Below are positions 1 to 8,980 of a DNA stretch of 64,000 bases, piece after piece. The notes beneath the pieces were generated by a model. The model was not told the DNA's origin and made no database searches. It was given only the letters and a program-made list of their open reading frames with translations. A program made the translations under genes and the position numbers. Positions within the stretch are counted from its first letter, which is position 1. The number at the start of each line of letters is the position of its first letter. Source of the DNA: an uncultured bacterium (GTDB lineage Bacteria; Hydrothermota; UBA3072); the NCBI GenBank assembly GCA_964534175.1, contig CAZHNS010000008.1:8779-72778 (forward strand), given 5' to 3'.

Positions 1-11
1 AGGAGGTTGAA

Positions 12-1112
12 ATGGATGATAAATGGGGATATATCGATAAGACGGGGAAGATGGTCATTGAGCCGCAATTTGATAAGGTCAAAGCGTTCTCCGGGGGGTT
101 GGCGACGGTAGAGATAAACGGGAAATGGGGATATATCGATAAGACGGGGAGGATGGTCATTGAGCCGCAATTTGATGATACGGGGAGTTTCTCCGAGGGG
201 TTGGCTGCGGCAAAGAAAACTTATTCGGGTTTATATGAGTACATCGATAAGACAGGGAAGGCGGTCATTGAACCGCAATTTGAGAAGGCCGGGAGCTTTT
301 CAGAGGGGTTGGCGCCAGTAGAGAAACCACATACCGGTTTGCTAAGAATTGGATACGAATATATCGATAAGACAGGGAAGGCGGTCATTGAACCGCAATT
401 ATTCAATCTTGCCGAATCTTTCTTCGAGGGACTGGCTGCGGTAGAAATAGACGGGAAATGGGGATATATTGATAAGACCGGGAAAATAGTAATCAAACCG
501 CAATTTAATGAGGCATGGGGTTTCTCCGAGGGGTTGGCGCTAATACATAAACATAGTATGGGTGTAGGTATCGGATATATCGATAAGACGGGAAAAAAGG
601 TGAACATATCGCAAGGTGGAGTCTTACCTTTTTCCGACGGCTTGACACCAACAAGGAAACCAACGCTAGCAGTTAAATGGGGGTACAGCGATAGGACTAA
701 CAAGGTGGTAATTGAACCGCAATTTGATAAAGTCGGGAGCTTTTCAGAGGGGTTGGCGCCGGTAGCGATAAACTATAAATGGGGATATATCGATAAAACG
801 GGTAAGATGGTCATTGAACCGCAATTTGATAACGCCGGGTGTTTCTCCCATGGGTTGGCTGCAGTAGAGATAAAGAAGGGATGTTTTATTGCAACTGCCG
901 CCTATGGTTCAAGTATGGCAAAGGAGGTATACAAACTTCGCTCTTGGCGCGACGAGTCATTATCGAAAATTGAGTTTGGAAGAATATTAATAAACATATA
1001 TTATAAAATATCGCCACCAATTGCAAAAACCATTGAAAAATCGGATATCATGAAAAAGATAGTACGAGTATTATTAAAACCGTTGATTTGGTTTATAAAA
1101 AAGTCAAACTAA
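12..1112 (+). CDS. Secreted WG-repeat (KWG/WG-beta-repeat-like) protein with C-terminal 'CFIATAAYGS...LRxWRD' module and hydrophobic tail
   Basis: AGGAGG RBS at 1-6 precedes the ATG. About 9 tandem copies of a ~35-aa unit (KWGYIDKTGKxVIEPQFDxxxxFSEGLAxV). The C-terminus reads GCFIATAAYGSSMAKEVYKLRSWRDESL followed by a hydrophobic segment. Confidence 0.7.
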   Translation: MDDKWGYIDKTGKMVIEPQFDKVKAFSGGLATVEINGKWGYIDKTGRMVIEPQFDDTGSFSEGLAAAKKTYSGLYEYIDKTGKAVIEPQFEKAGSFSEGLAPVEKPHTGLLRIGYEYIDKTGKAVIEPQLFNLAESFFEGLAAVEIDGKWGYIDKTGKIVIKPQFNEAWGFSEGLALIHKHSMGVGIGYIDKTGKKVNISQGGVLPFSDGLTPTRKPTLAVKWGYSDRTNKVVIEPQFDKVGSFSEGLAPVAINYKWGYIDKTGKMVIEPQFDNAGCFSHGLAAVEIKKGCFIATAAYGSSMAKEVYKLRSWRDESLSKIEFGRILINIYYKISPPIAKTIEKSDIMKKIVRVLLKPLIWFIKKSN

Positions 1113-1750
1113 CTAGACAATCCTATCAACGTATCAACGGGGTCACCTATGAAATGTGAAATGAGAACATAGCCACTGGTCGACAGTCCAAAGTCGAAAA
1201 GAGAATATAGAAGTTAGAAGTTGGAATATAAAATCCCGACACAACACAAATATTTAAAAAACAAATACCAAAGTTTGAAACAAAAATTGTTTTAGAAAAT
1301 TTAAAAGATTTTTCAAAAAAGATTGGCGAAACTCCCCCCACCGAGCGACCCCAACTTTTTCAAAGTATTATCAAGTCCGTATCCTACGGTTCTTCCGAAA
1401 TTTCTTTGGACATTTTCTATTTGCCGGAGAGATACATTCAAGGGTTCGGAAATCACCGAGCCTATTCAGAGGGGCGCATCAGTGTAGTTGGCGAAGCATC
1501 CGCGGATGGGCGGTTGCGTTCGAAGCGAGGTCGCCGAGCGCCCTCGTGCGAGGCGGACGAGCATGGGGTGGAAAGTTTGGTGTGGGGTGCAGGTGGGAAT
1601 AGGAGTTCGAAGTTTGTACGGAATGGGCAGGTATTCTTGTAAAAACTTCGTTTTTAGTTAAATGGTCGAATAGTTGAGTAGTTAAATCGGCCACCCCGCT
1701 CCAATATTTTTCACATATGGAACATGAATCGTTTTATTTTTATTGGGCTT

Positions 1751-1787
1751 GAAAATAAAAAAAGTGGGGCTGAGATAGCCCCACTTT
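1751..1787 (-). terminator. Rho-independent terminator of the cyclophilin gene
   Basis: Perfect stem AAAGTGGGGCT/AGCCCCACTTT (1761-1787). On the minus strand it is followed by TTTTTTTATTTTC, immediately 3' of the stop at 1810. Confidence 0.7.
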
Positions 1788-1809
1788 TAATCTTGCGTAA
1801 AACTTTTAT

Positions 1810-2451
1810 TTATTTTTCCGCTTCGCTTTTCTCGCAGCCTTCTTTTTCTTCTTGGGTGGCGGTTGAATCTACTGCTGCTTCTTCTTTCTCTTTCATGTAT
1901 ACTTTTTTCATTGTAACGTTTTCTATTGGTCGATCACCTTTTCCTGTCTTAACCTTTGCAATCTTTTCAACCACGCCCATTCCTTTTATTACCTGTCCTA
2001 TGATTGTGTATTTTCCGTCAAGGGGACTTAAATTTTTAAGGCAGATATAAAACTGAGAGCCATTCTGATTGTCTGCCGCTTTCGCAAGTGCCACCGTACC
2101 CAGTAAATGTTTTAGTTCTTTTGAATATTCGTCCTTGATGTAATATCCAGGGCCACCAGTTCCGTCGTTATATGGATTTTTATCTTTAGTAAGCGGGTCT
2201 CCTCCCTGAATGACGAAGCCTGGTACAACTCTGTGAAAGGTTGTACCGTTATAGAACTCTCTCTTAACCAGTTTTACTATATTTTCGACATTTAAGGGTG
2301 CAGCATCGGGGAACAGTCCGAATTCAATTATCCCGAAATCTGTTTCAATTACCACGATATCATCAGACTTTTCCGCTTTTTCTACCTGGTCTACAGCGTA
2401 AAGTGCGAGACCTGTTATGAGCAAACAAGCTAAAATAAAAAATTTTCTCAT
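1810..2451 (-). CDS. Peptidyl-prolyl cis-trans isomerase, cyclophilin type, periplasmic (signal peptide)
   Basis: N-terminal signal MRKFFILACLLITGLALYA. Cyclophilin motifs FHRVVPGFVIQGGDP, GTGGPGY, NGSQFYICL, GQVIKGMGVVEKI. Low-complexity acidic C-terminal tail. Confidence 0.9.
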   Translation of the reverse strand: MRKFFILACLLITGLALYAVDQVEKAEKSDDIVVIETDFGIIEFGLFPDAAPLNVENIVKLVKREFYNGTTFHRVVPGFVIQGGDPLTKDKNPYNDGTGGPGYYIKDEYSKELKHLLGTVALAKAADNQNGSQFYICLKNLSPLDGKYTIIGQVIKGMGVVEKIAKVKTGKGDRPIENVTMKKVYMKEKEEAAVDSTATQEEKEGCEKSEAEK

Positions 2452-2675
2452 TTTCTCCTCCTTTAGAAGTTTTTTTGTTTATGAGTATATATCACAAAAA
2501 AACTTTGTCAACACCCATACCCCTCCACTTCACATTTTTAAACCACTAAATACACGAAAAACACGAAACCCAACCACACCAATTACATTTGTATTTCATT
2601 ATAAACACACTAAATTTGTTTTGGTTTCACTATATTTTATTTAGCCGTTGGATTTAAAAAAATAAAATCTTTGTT

Positions 2676-2785
2676 CTCTACGTGTCTCTGTGTGATAATC
2701 TTTTTTGGGGTGGGAAAGGGGTTTTAAACAATACGTGTATATTTTTTAGTTTTTTTCTCTGTGTTTCTCTGTGTTCTCTGTGGTT
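2676..2785. repeat. Five copies of a CTCTGTG (CACAGAG on the minus strand) short repeat in an intergenic region
   Basis: tctctacgtgtctctgtgtg at 2676-2696 and ttctctgtgtttctctgtgttctctgtgg at 2755-2785. Located between the stop of lipoprotein gene 2813 and the start of the cyclophilin gene. Confidence 0.4.
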
Positions 2786-2812
2786 CAAATTTTTTTGAGG
2801 TTGAATGGTGGG

Positions 2813-3223
2813 TTATTCTTCCCGTCCCTGGTAGCCGGCTTTGGAAAAAGTGCCCGGGTAGGCGTGGTCTCCCATTGCGAAATCGAAATCCACATAACTG
2901 ATTCCTTCGATTTCTAAAAGCGTAACTCCCGACTTGACGATGTAATCTTCCGCGCCAGTAGTTCCCATCGATTGAGTTAAACAGGAAGAGTTTATAACTG
3001 TAAGGTATACTGTGTCCGAAGATATTTTAACTAATTTTAGCTTGGGAGGATATAAATAAAATTGAGGTTCATCTTCAGGTGCAGCAAAGCTCTCCGGGTC
3101 TTTATCCGAACCGTTTAATTCATGTATTTTTTCGATGACTTTAGCTTCTAATGTTTTAGGTGGTTTTTTCGAGCATGTTGTTAATGTTAAAATTAAGAGC
3201 AATAAAGGTAAATATTTAAACAA
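2813..3223 (-). CDS. Hypothetical lipoprotein
   Basis: Signal plus lipobox MFKYLPLLLLILTLTTC. No recognisable domain. Confidence 0.6.
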   Translation of the reverse strand: MFKYLPLLLLILTLTTCSKKPPKTLEAKVIEKIHELNGSDKDPESFAAPEDEPQFYLYPPKLKLVKISSDTVYLTVINSSCLTQSMGTTGAEDYIVKSGVTLLEIEGISYVDFDFAMGDHAYPGTFSKAGYQGREE

Positions 3224-3255
3224 TCTTAGAAATATTCTTTGCCTCCTTTATCAGG

Positions 3256-4293
3256 TTATTTTTCGTAAGATTCACTTAAGAATGCGGTAAAGTCTTCGTA
3301 GAAGTTATTGTTAAGTTCTTCCTTAACCCTATCCAGAGCTCTTCCTCTAACCGATTCACGTGAAACATGTCCTTCTCTTGCACTGACTGTATATGTGTTC
3401 ATTGTGTTGCCGGTTACCGCATTCGTTACGTCGACGGTGAGTTCCCAGCGCACGAATTCTCCCTCTCTCGGGAAACCAAGAGGTTTTATGTCGAGGTTTC
3501 CTTTTATAATAATATCGGGATTTTCTTCCCCGGTGCTGAAACCTATTTGATCGACTACCTCTCTTAAATAGGCGGAAAGTTTTTCTTTTTCGGTTCCGGA
3601 CGTTTCAATTTTTGCTACGGTCTTATTTTTTAATTCTTGTAATTCGACTAGTATATCTTCCTTTGGAACGGGTAAAGGAGGTGTGTCACCTGTCAGGGAA
3701 AGTATTCTGTGAATCGAACGGAGAGCTTCCCCGATTTTTATTATCTCCATGCATTTTTTAAGATAAATGAGTTTTGTGATTTTATTTTCAGCGTCACTTG
3801 CTTCCCAGTAAAAACGCTTGAGAGAATTATCGTTCTTTTGTATTTCTTCAAGATAAAGCATTTCGGTTTCTGCCTTACTTATTATCGAAAGAACGTAAAA
3901 AGTTGCGGTTGCCTCATCAAAGTAGGTCTTTCCCGTTCTTACGTTGATAAGTTCGTTGTCGCTTGTAAGAACACTTCTGTTGACGAGATTTACTGAATGC
4001 TCCCAATCCATTTCTTCGTCCCTTTTCTTCTTCTCCGAATATGCCTCGAGAATTCTTCTGTCAAGTTTTACGTTGACGGAGAAGATATTGGAAAGAGAGC
4101 CAATCGAACGTTGTTTTGCTTCATCGAGAGAACTGCCGCTCGCTACTTCGGCCAGATAGAGACTTTTTGGAAATAAAGCGTCAGGATTTGTGACCCATTC
4201 AGGTAAATCGCTTGTTTTAGTACTTGAAGTATTCGAAGCACATCCAAGAAGCAGAAGCATTAAAAATCCTGCTAAAAAGATTTTTTTATTCAT
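3256..4293 (-). CDS. Hypothetical lipoprotein, third gene of a three-lipoprotein operon
   Basis: Lipobox MNKKIFLAGFLMLLLLGCAS. 4-nt overlap (ATGA) with the upstream gene. No confident family assignment. Confidence 0.55.
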   Translation of the reverse strand: MNKKIFLAGFLMLLLLGCASNTSSTKTSDLPEWVTNPDALFPKSLYLAEVASGSSLDEAKQRSIGSLSNIFSVNVKLDRRILEAYSEKKKRDEEMDWEHSVNLVNRSVLTSDNELINVRTGKTYFDEATATFYVLSIISKAETEMLYLEEIQKNDNSLKRFYWEASDAENKITKLIYLKKCMEIIKIGEALRSIHRILSLTGDTPPLPVPKEDILVELQELKNKTVAKIETSGTEKEKLSAYLREVVDQIGFSTGEENPDIIIKGNLDIKPLGFPREGEFVRWELTVDVTNAVTGNTMNTYTVSAREGHVSRESVRGRALDRVKEELNNNFYEDFTAFLSESYEK

Positions 4294-5738
4294 TTGTATG
4301 ATACCCCCTCGATTAAGTTAAGACCATTTTTGTTTACGAAAACTGTTTTTCTTTCAAGGTCGACCACATTGCCGCGTTCGTCTATAAATTCGAAAGCTAT
4401 TTCATATTCGCCCGGCACAAGATCGATTCTTCCGCCATAAACTCTTCCGGGCATTGTTCTCCAGCATCGGAGGTCGGCGTTCTCAGTTATATCGGTTACG
4501 GCATCCACGGCGAACTTAAGTAACCCTGCCATAAATTTGTTTTTCCCTCGTTTCTTAGCCTCTTCTTCTTTATCCTCTTCATCCTCTTCTTCGGCCTTTT
4601 CTTCGTATTTTTTATCTATGTTTTCTTTTGCTTTAGCATCAATTGCAGCTTTGATTAAAGACCTTAACGCAGCTCTCAGGTAAATAAGGGGTTTTTTTAT
4701 TTTAAAAGTCTCTTCTGCGATTTGTCCGAAATCCTCAATCAGGTACAATTCTTCCAAAGCCCTGCCGTTTACAAGAGTTCTTATACGCCTGATTCTTGAT
4801 TTTCTTCTTACTATTTCCGGCACTGCAAATTTTAAATGGAATTCGTTATCGCCTTTGTATTTAAAAGAATTAATTTCCTTCTTTTTTTTACCTGGCGTCA
4901 TAACTCTTGCCATATCCAAATCCGGGTCATAATCGAGCAGTAGAGTGGCTTGTACTTTAACCGGGCTTTTGCCCGCGAAGCAAAAGGTATAAACAGGAAC
5001 CGCCTCTTCTGCTGCGGGGGATAAAACTTTTTCTGAAAAACTTTCCATCCTGCCGGAAGAAGCTTCAATAAGTCTTCTTCTGTCAATTGCAACCTCGTCC
5101 CAGTTTCCCAAACTTTTATATCCGAGCATAGATAGATAACTACCGGTAATTGAGTATCTGAGATTAACTTCACCAGGACTAAAGCAAACGTCCGCTTCAT
5201 TTTCCCGAAGTTTTTTACTCTTACTCAGCTCCTCTGCCATATTAGAATATTTATCCTGCAGTCTGCTTAACTTTAAGTTTATTTTTCTTACTTCGACTAC
5301 TGCATCTTCGCTTTCCCCCAGATGAATGTAATTGAGATTTTTTATTATATTCGTAAAGATGTCCTCATAGTCTTCTCCGGAATAGGCAAGACTGTTATCA
5401 TTAAGCAGGAATGAAACTATCATCCTTGAGATAGACTTTGTGAAATTTTCCTCAATCGCAATCTCAGCTTGTTCAAGGTGTTGGTTACTTTCTTGGTATC
5501 TTCCCGCGAAGTGTAAGGCTATCCCCATATCAAGGAAATATAAGACCTTGTCTTTACCTTCATACTTGCCCTCGATTCTAGCCTTTTCTATTCGCTCCGC
5601 CGCTTTACTATAAAAGCGTGAGGAAAAATCCTCTTCAATTTCTTTGTAATGTCTTACCTGTGTTTGTATGTAAGCGCAGCCGAGGAAAGACAGTATAAAA
5701 ACCGCTAAAAGGATAGTAAAAAAACGCTTAAGCAGCAT
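4290..5738 (-). CDS. Lipoprotein with TPR-like N-terminal region and charged (K/E-rich) linker
   Basis: Lipobox MLLKRFFTILLAVFILSFLGC. Helical repeat region KAAERIEKARIEGKYEGKDKVLYFLDMGIALHFAGRYQESNQHLEQAEIAI. Poly-E/K segment. Translationally coupled to its neighbours. Confidence 0.55.
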   Translation of the reverse strand: MLLKRFFTILLAVFILSFLGCAYIQTQVRHYKEIEEDFSSRFYSKAAERIEKARIEGKYEGKDKVLYFLDMGIALHFAGRYQESNQHLEQAEIAIEENFTKSISRMIVSFLLNDNSLAYSGEDYEDIFTNIIKNLNYIHLGESEDAVVEVRKINLKLSRLQDKYSNMAEELSKSKKLRENEADVCFSPGEVNLRYSITGSYLSMLGYKSLGNWDEVAIDRRRLIEASSGRMESFSEKVLSPAAEEAVPVYTFCFAGKSPVKVQATLLLDYDPDLDMARVMTPGKKKKEINSFKYKGDNEFHLKFAVPEIVRRKSRIRRIRTLVNGRALEELYLIEDFGQIAEETFKIKKPLIYLRAALRSLIKAAIDAKAKENIDKKYEEKAEEEDEEDKEEEAKKRGKNKFMAGLLKFAVDAVTDITENADLRCWRTMPGRVYGGRIDLVPGEYEIAFEFIDERGNVVDLERKTVFVNKNGLNLIEGVSYK

Positions 5739-5741
5739 TAA

Positions 5742-6338
5742 CTACCATTTATATCCGCTTTGTTCGATGAGTTTCTTTATCTTTTTATTTCCTATCCAGG
5801 CTTTAAGGTTTTTTTCGACATCTATTAACTCCAGGTCGACTGAATAGAACACAGCTTTTTTTCCTTCGAACCAGTCTTCTACAGATTTAACCGACCCTAT
5901 TAAAAAGTAATCAGCGCCTACTTCCTGAGCGAGTTTTTTGGCGGTTTCTACAGAAGCATACATTTGCTGGTCCATCCTTTCTTCTCTTATTTCTTCTCTT
6001 TCTCCTTTGGAAGCGACAAAATCAACTTTACCGGAGTTAATCAGTTCTCTTTCTATATCCTTTATAAAGACATCAACATTTATGTGTTCTGTACTCATGT
6101 TTCTGACTGTTCCAACGATAACCACGGGTTTTTTGAGCTTATCCTGTTCAAAGTCGATAAGCCACGGGCGGGATAACATTTCGGAAATCATGGCTTCTGC
6201 CACGAGCCTGGAGTCAGTATCATTCCATCTCCCAGAGAGGTCTGTAACTTCATCGGTGGCAATTCTCTTTACTGTTCTTCCACCTCCGCAGCCGATAATA
6301 AGAAACAAACAAAAAGACAATAAAAACAATTTTCGCAT
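5742..6338 (-). CDS. Lipoprotein, possibly LpoB-like (COG3417-type) penicillin-binding-protein activator family
   Basis: The ORF track gives 5742..6368, but the AGGAGG RBS sits directly before the internal ATG (MRKLFLLSFCLFLIIGCGGG). Lipobox present. Globular domain with PVVIVGTVRNMSTEHINVDVFIKDIERELINSGKVDFV resembles LpoB-type activators. The family call is tentative. Confidence 0.45.
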   Translation of the reverse strand: MRKLFLLSFCLFLIIGCGGGRTVKRIATDEVTDLSGRWNDTDSRLVAEAMISEMLSRPWLIDFEQDKLKKPVVIVGTVRNMSTEHINVDVFIKDIERELINSGKVDFVASKGEREEIREERMDQQMYASVETAKKLAQEVGADYFLIGSVKSVEDWFEGKKAVFYSVDLELIDVEKNLKAWIGNKKIKKLIEQSGYKW

Positions 6339-6564
6339 AACTCCTCCTTTTTGGATATTATAATGCATTTAATTTTATATGTCAAGGAATAAAACCCCAC
6401 ACCAGCAACAAAACAATCTCGCTTAGAGGTACAGTGTACGTTTTTTTAATTTAAAATTCATATTGTCTTTTCTCCTAATCCTTACAAAACCTTAGACCAG
6501 TTAAAGGAACCTGCGGTTCCGTAACCTAAAACCCATAACTTGGTTCGGTGGTTGCCTTTTAAAG

Positions 6565-7230
6565 ATGTTCTCATATAATCCTTTTATGGACAACAATACT
6601 ATAGAAAAGGTATTAAGAATACTGAAAGAAAAATACAGGGATTGGAAACCTCCTATCGTAACCGAGATAGCAAACAATACTGGAGACCCTTTTCGGATAC
6701 TTATTTCAACTGTCCTCAGCTCGAGAACCAAAGACGCTGTTACAAGAAAAGCTTCCCAAAGATTGTTTGAAAAAGCCCGAACTCCCCGGGAGATAGCAAA
6801 GTTGTCTTCTGAAGAAATCGAGAAATTAATTTACCCCGTTGGTTTTTTTCATACAAAAGCCAAAAGGCTTCCCGAGCTGGCGCGTATTTTAATTGATAAA
6901 TACAAGGGCAAAGTCCCTGATAAATTAGAAGAATTAATTAAGTTGCCTGGTGTGGGAAGAAAAACCGCAAATTTGGTGGTAACGATTGGTTTTGGTAAGC
7001 CGGGTATATGCGTCGATACTCATGTCCACCGTATATCCAACAGATTCGGATATGTAAAAACGAAAAGTCCAGAGGAAACGGAGTTTGCTCTGAGGGGAAA
7101 GTTACCGTCTAAATGGTGGATTGTTTACAACGATTTTCTGGTTACTTTGGGGCAGAACATATGTTTTCCGAGAAAACCTGACTGCGCTATTTGTCCTGTA
7201 AATAAACTTTGTGAGAAAATTAATATTTAG
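6565..7230 (+). CDS. nth: Endonuclease III (HhH-GPD base-excision DNA glycosylase with [4Fe-4S] cluster loop)
   Basis: HhH-GPD motifs [16 protein letters not shown] and [15 protein letters not shown]-terminal Cys cluster C-x6-C-x2-C-x5-C ([17 protein letters not shown]). Confidence 0.9.
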   Translation: MFSYNPFMDNNTIEKVLRILKEKYRDWKPPIVTEIANNTGDPFRILISTVLSSRTKDAVTRKASQRLFEKARTPREIAKLSSEEIEKLIYPVGFFHTKAKRLPELARILIDKYKGKVPDKLEELIKLPGVGRKTANLVVTIGFGKPGICVDTHVHRISNRFGYVKTKSPEETEFALRGKLPSKWWIVYNDFLVTLGQNICFPRKPDCAICPVNKLCEKINI

Positions 7231-7249
7231 AGAAGCGAATTAATAAGAT

Positions 7250-7287
7250 AAAAAAACCCGCGGTAAATCTACCGCGGGTTTTTTATT
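7250..7287. terminator. Bidirectional intrinsic terminator between nth (+) and the CBM9-like gene (-)
   Basis: AAACCCGCGGtaaatctaCCGCGGGTTTTTTATT: GC-rich 10-bp stem flanked by an A-run on one side and a T-run on the other. Confidence 0.8.
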
Positions 7288-7309
7288 AACAGCTTGATCA
7301 AATAACTGT

Positions 7310-8980
7310 TTACTTGATCAGCGTTACCTTCTTGACTACTGAACCATTTCCTGCTTCAACTTTGCAGAGATAAACACCACTCGGGAGATCTGATACATCC
7401 AGTGCGGCGTTTCCACCGTTACCAGCAGCAGCTTTAACTTCCTGCCCCGCTATATTGTAGAGTGTTACGTTTGCAATATTGGCTGCGCTTGAAACAGCAA
7501 GAACACTGCTTGATACTATGGCAGGAACATCGACGCTGATACCAGCAGCTACTTCTTCAACTCCAGCTATTGGGTTTGGATCCGGAGCTGTACTTGATGT
7601 ACCCAGTATTACTGTTCCAAAGAGGTTCGGATGCTGCCAGGAAGTACCGTCTATATTCCACCATTTTGATATAACGTCACGTGTACCGGCTGCTGCAACG
7701 CCAGTGTTATCGTTGTCAGCACCCTGAACTTCGAAACCAATTTCAGCACCGTCTTCAAGGACAATATTGGTATCGGCAAGATCTGCGGCATCAAGGAATA
7801 ATTCAAATTGATAACCGCCAGGGACTTCCGCCCACGCGCATTCACCATTTTCACCTATGTCGCACCAACCTCCTCCAGCTGTTGGCACTTCCGTGTAACC
7901 ATAAACGTATCTCCACTGAACGTCATCAATTCCATCATATGTTGCGGAGTCTGAATTATCACCGTCGAAGTAGATCTCAAAGCAGTCGTTTTCATAGGAG
8001 TTTGTACTACCCTCGCCGGTAACGATATCGTCTATTACAAGTCCAAGGAAATAGAAACCGTCTTCATTGTAACCAGCTTGATAGTAAGGTTGGAAATCTT
8101 TGAAACCTTCATCGTCACCCATAGTCCAACTCTCATTTACGGATAACTTAACCTGGGGAACGGCATCCCACTCGTTGTCTGTATTTGCAGCATCGATCAC
8201 AGCTCCATCTGCCATTTCTAATATAAAATCACCGATAACTTCGTCCTCCAAGTCGCCATCTTCCCCAAGTAGAGCACTTCCAAAGAGGGTCGGATGCTGC
8301 CAGGAGGTACCGTCTAAATTCCACCATTTTACGATATCTTCACGTGTACCGGCTGCTGCTACTTCTTCATTGTCGTTGTCGGCACACTGAACTTCGAAAC
8401 CAATGACATCACCTGGTTCAAAGACAAGATTGGTATCGGCAAGATCTGCGGCATCAAGGAGCAATTCAAATTCATAACCGCCCTCGACTTCCGCCCACGC
8501 GCAGCTACCACCTGCACCTAGATCGCACCAACCTGCGTTGTCTTCGTCATAACCATAAACGTATCTCCACTGGACATCATCAAATCCATCATATGTCGCG
8601 GAGTCTGAATTGTTGCCGTCGAAGTAGATTTCAAAGCAGTCGTTTTCGTAGGAGTTTGTACTGCCCTCGCCGGTAACGATATCATCTAATACTTTTGCCC
8701 AGAGATAAAAACCGTCTTCATTGTAAGCTGCTTTAAAGTATGCAGCGTGATCCACGCTTTGCGGAACGGTGTCCGTACTTTCAAATTGTTCATAGCAAAA
8801 CAAACCATTTGGCTGGAAAATCCATTCTTCGTCCATTGAACCGTCAATTACGGGAGCGTCCGCTATGTATGGAATTACTAAAACACCATTAAGGGTGGAG
8901 CCTGAATTAGCGGCAGAGAGCATAAAACTGAAACAAACTAGTAACATTATCATTCCTGCTAATATTGGAAGTCTTTTCAC
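7310..8980 (-). CDS. Secreted protein with two tandem ~170-aa CBM9/DOMON-like beta-sandwich repeats and a T9SS-type C-terminal sorting domain
   Basis: Signal peptide present. Internal duplication: YFKAAYNEDGFYLWAKVLDDIVTGEGSTNSYENDCFEIYFDGNNSDSATYDG...VQWRYVYGY appears twice at ~85% identity. C-terminus VTLYNIAGQEVK...LPSGVYLCKVEAGNGSVVKKVTLIK is typical of Por-secretion CTDs. Confidence 0.55.
   Translation of the reverse strand: MKRLPILAGMIMLLVCFSFMLSAANSGSTLNGVLVIPYIADAPVIDGSMDEEWIFQPNGLFCYEQFESTDTVPQSVDHAAYFKAAYNEDGFYLWAKVLDDIVTGEGSTNSYENDCFEIYFDGNNSDSATYDGFDDVQWRYVYGYDEDNAGWCDLGAGGSCAWAEVEGGYEFELLLDAADLADTNLVFEPGDVIGFEVQCADNDNEEVAAAGTREDIVKWWNLDGTSWQHPTLFGSALLGEDGDLEDEVIGDFILEMADGAVIDAANTDNEWDAVPQVKLSVNESWTMGDDEGFKDFQPYYQAGYNEDGFYFLGLVIDDIVTGEGSTNSYENDCFEIYFDGDNSDSATYDGIDDVQWRYVYGYTEVPTAGGGWCDIGENGECAWAEVPGGYQFELFLDAADLADTNIVLEDGAEIGFEVQGADNDNTGVAAAGTRDVISKWWNIDGTSWQHPNLFGTVILGTSSTAPDPNPIAGVEEVAAGISVDVPAIVSSSVLAVSSAANIANVTLYNIAGQEVKAAAGNGGNAALDVSDLPSGVYLCKVEAGNGSVVKKVTLIK

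Noticed and set aside
221-703. 160-aa antisense ORF inside the WG-repeat gene
   Set aside because: It lies entirely within a well-supported repeat-protein CDS on the opposite strand, and the repetitive sequence generates a long spurious frame.
1406-1694. ORFs 1406..1642 (+) and 1479..1694 (-) inside the GC-rich island
   Set aside because: The translations are Arg/Gly/Ala-rich with no start context, which is typical of GC-rich noncoding DNA. The region is reported instead as a candidate ncRNA or remnant.
2676-2785. Possible CRISPR array (short direct repeats)
   Set aside because: The repeat units are only 7-9 nt and tandem, with no 25-40-nt unique spacers. No cas genes are nearby.
6339-6368. 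Track start 6368 (MHYNIQKGGV-) of the LpoB-like lipoprotein
   Set aside because: AGGAGG overlaps these codons and directly precedes the internal ATG (MRKLFLL...), so the upstream extension is probably untranslated.
7479-8390. Several + strand ORFs (7479..7727, 7681..8022, 8100..8390) inside the CBM9-like gene
   Set aside because: They are antisense to a signal-peptide/CTD-bearing CDS, the proteins are low-complexity, and they have no RBS.
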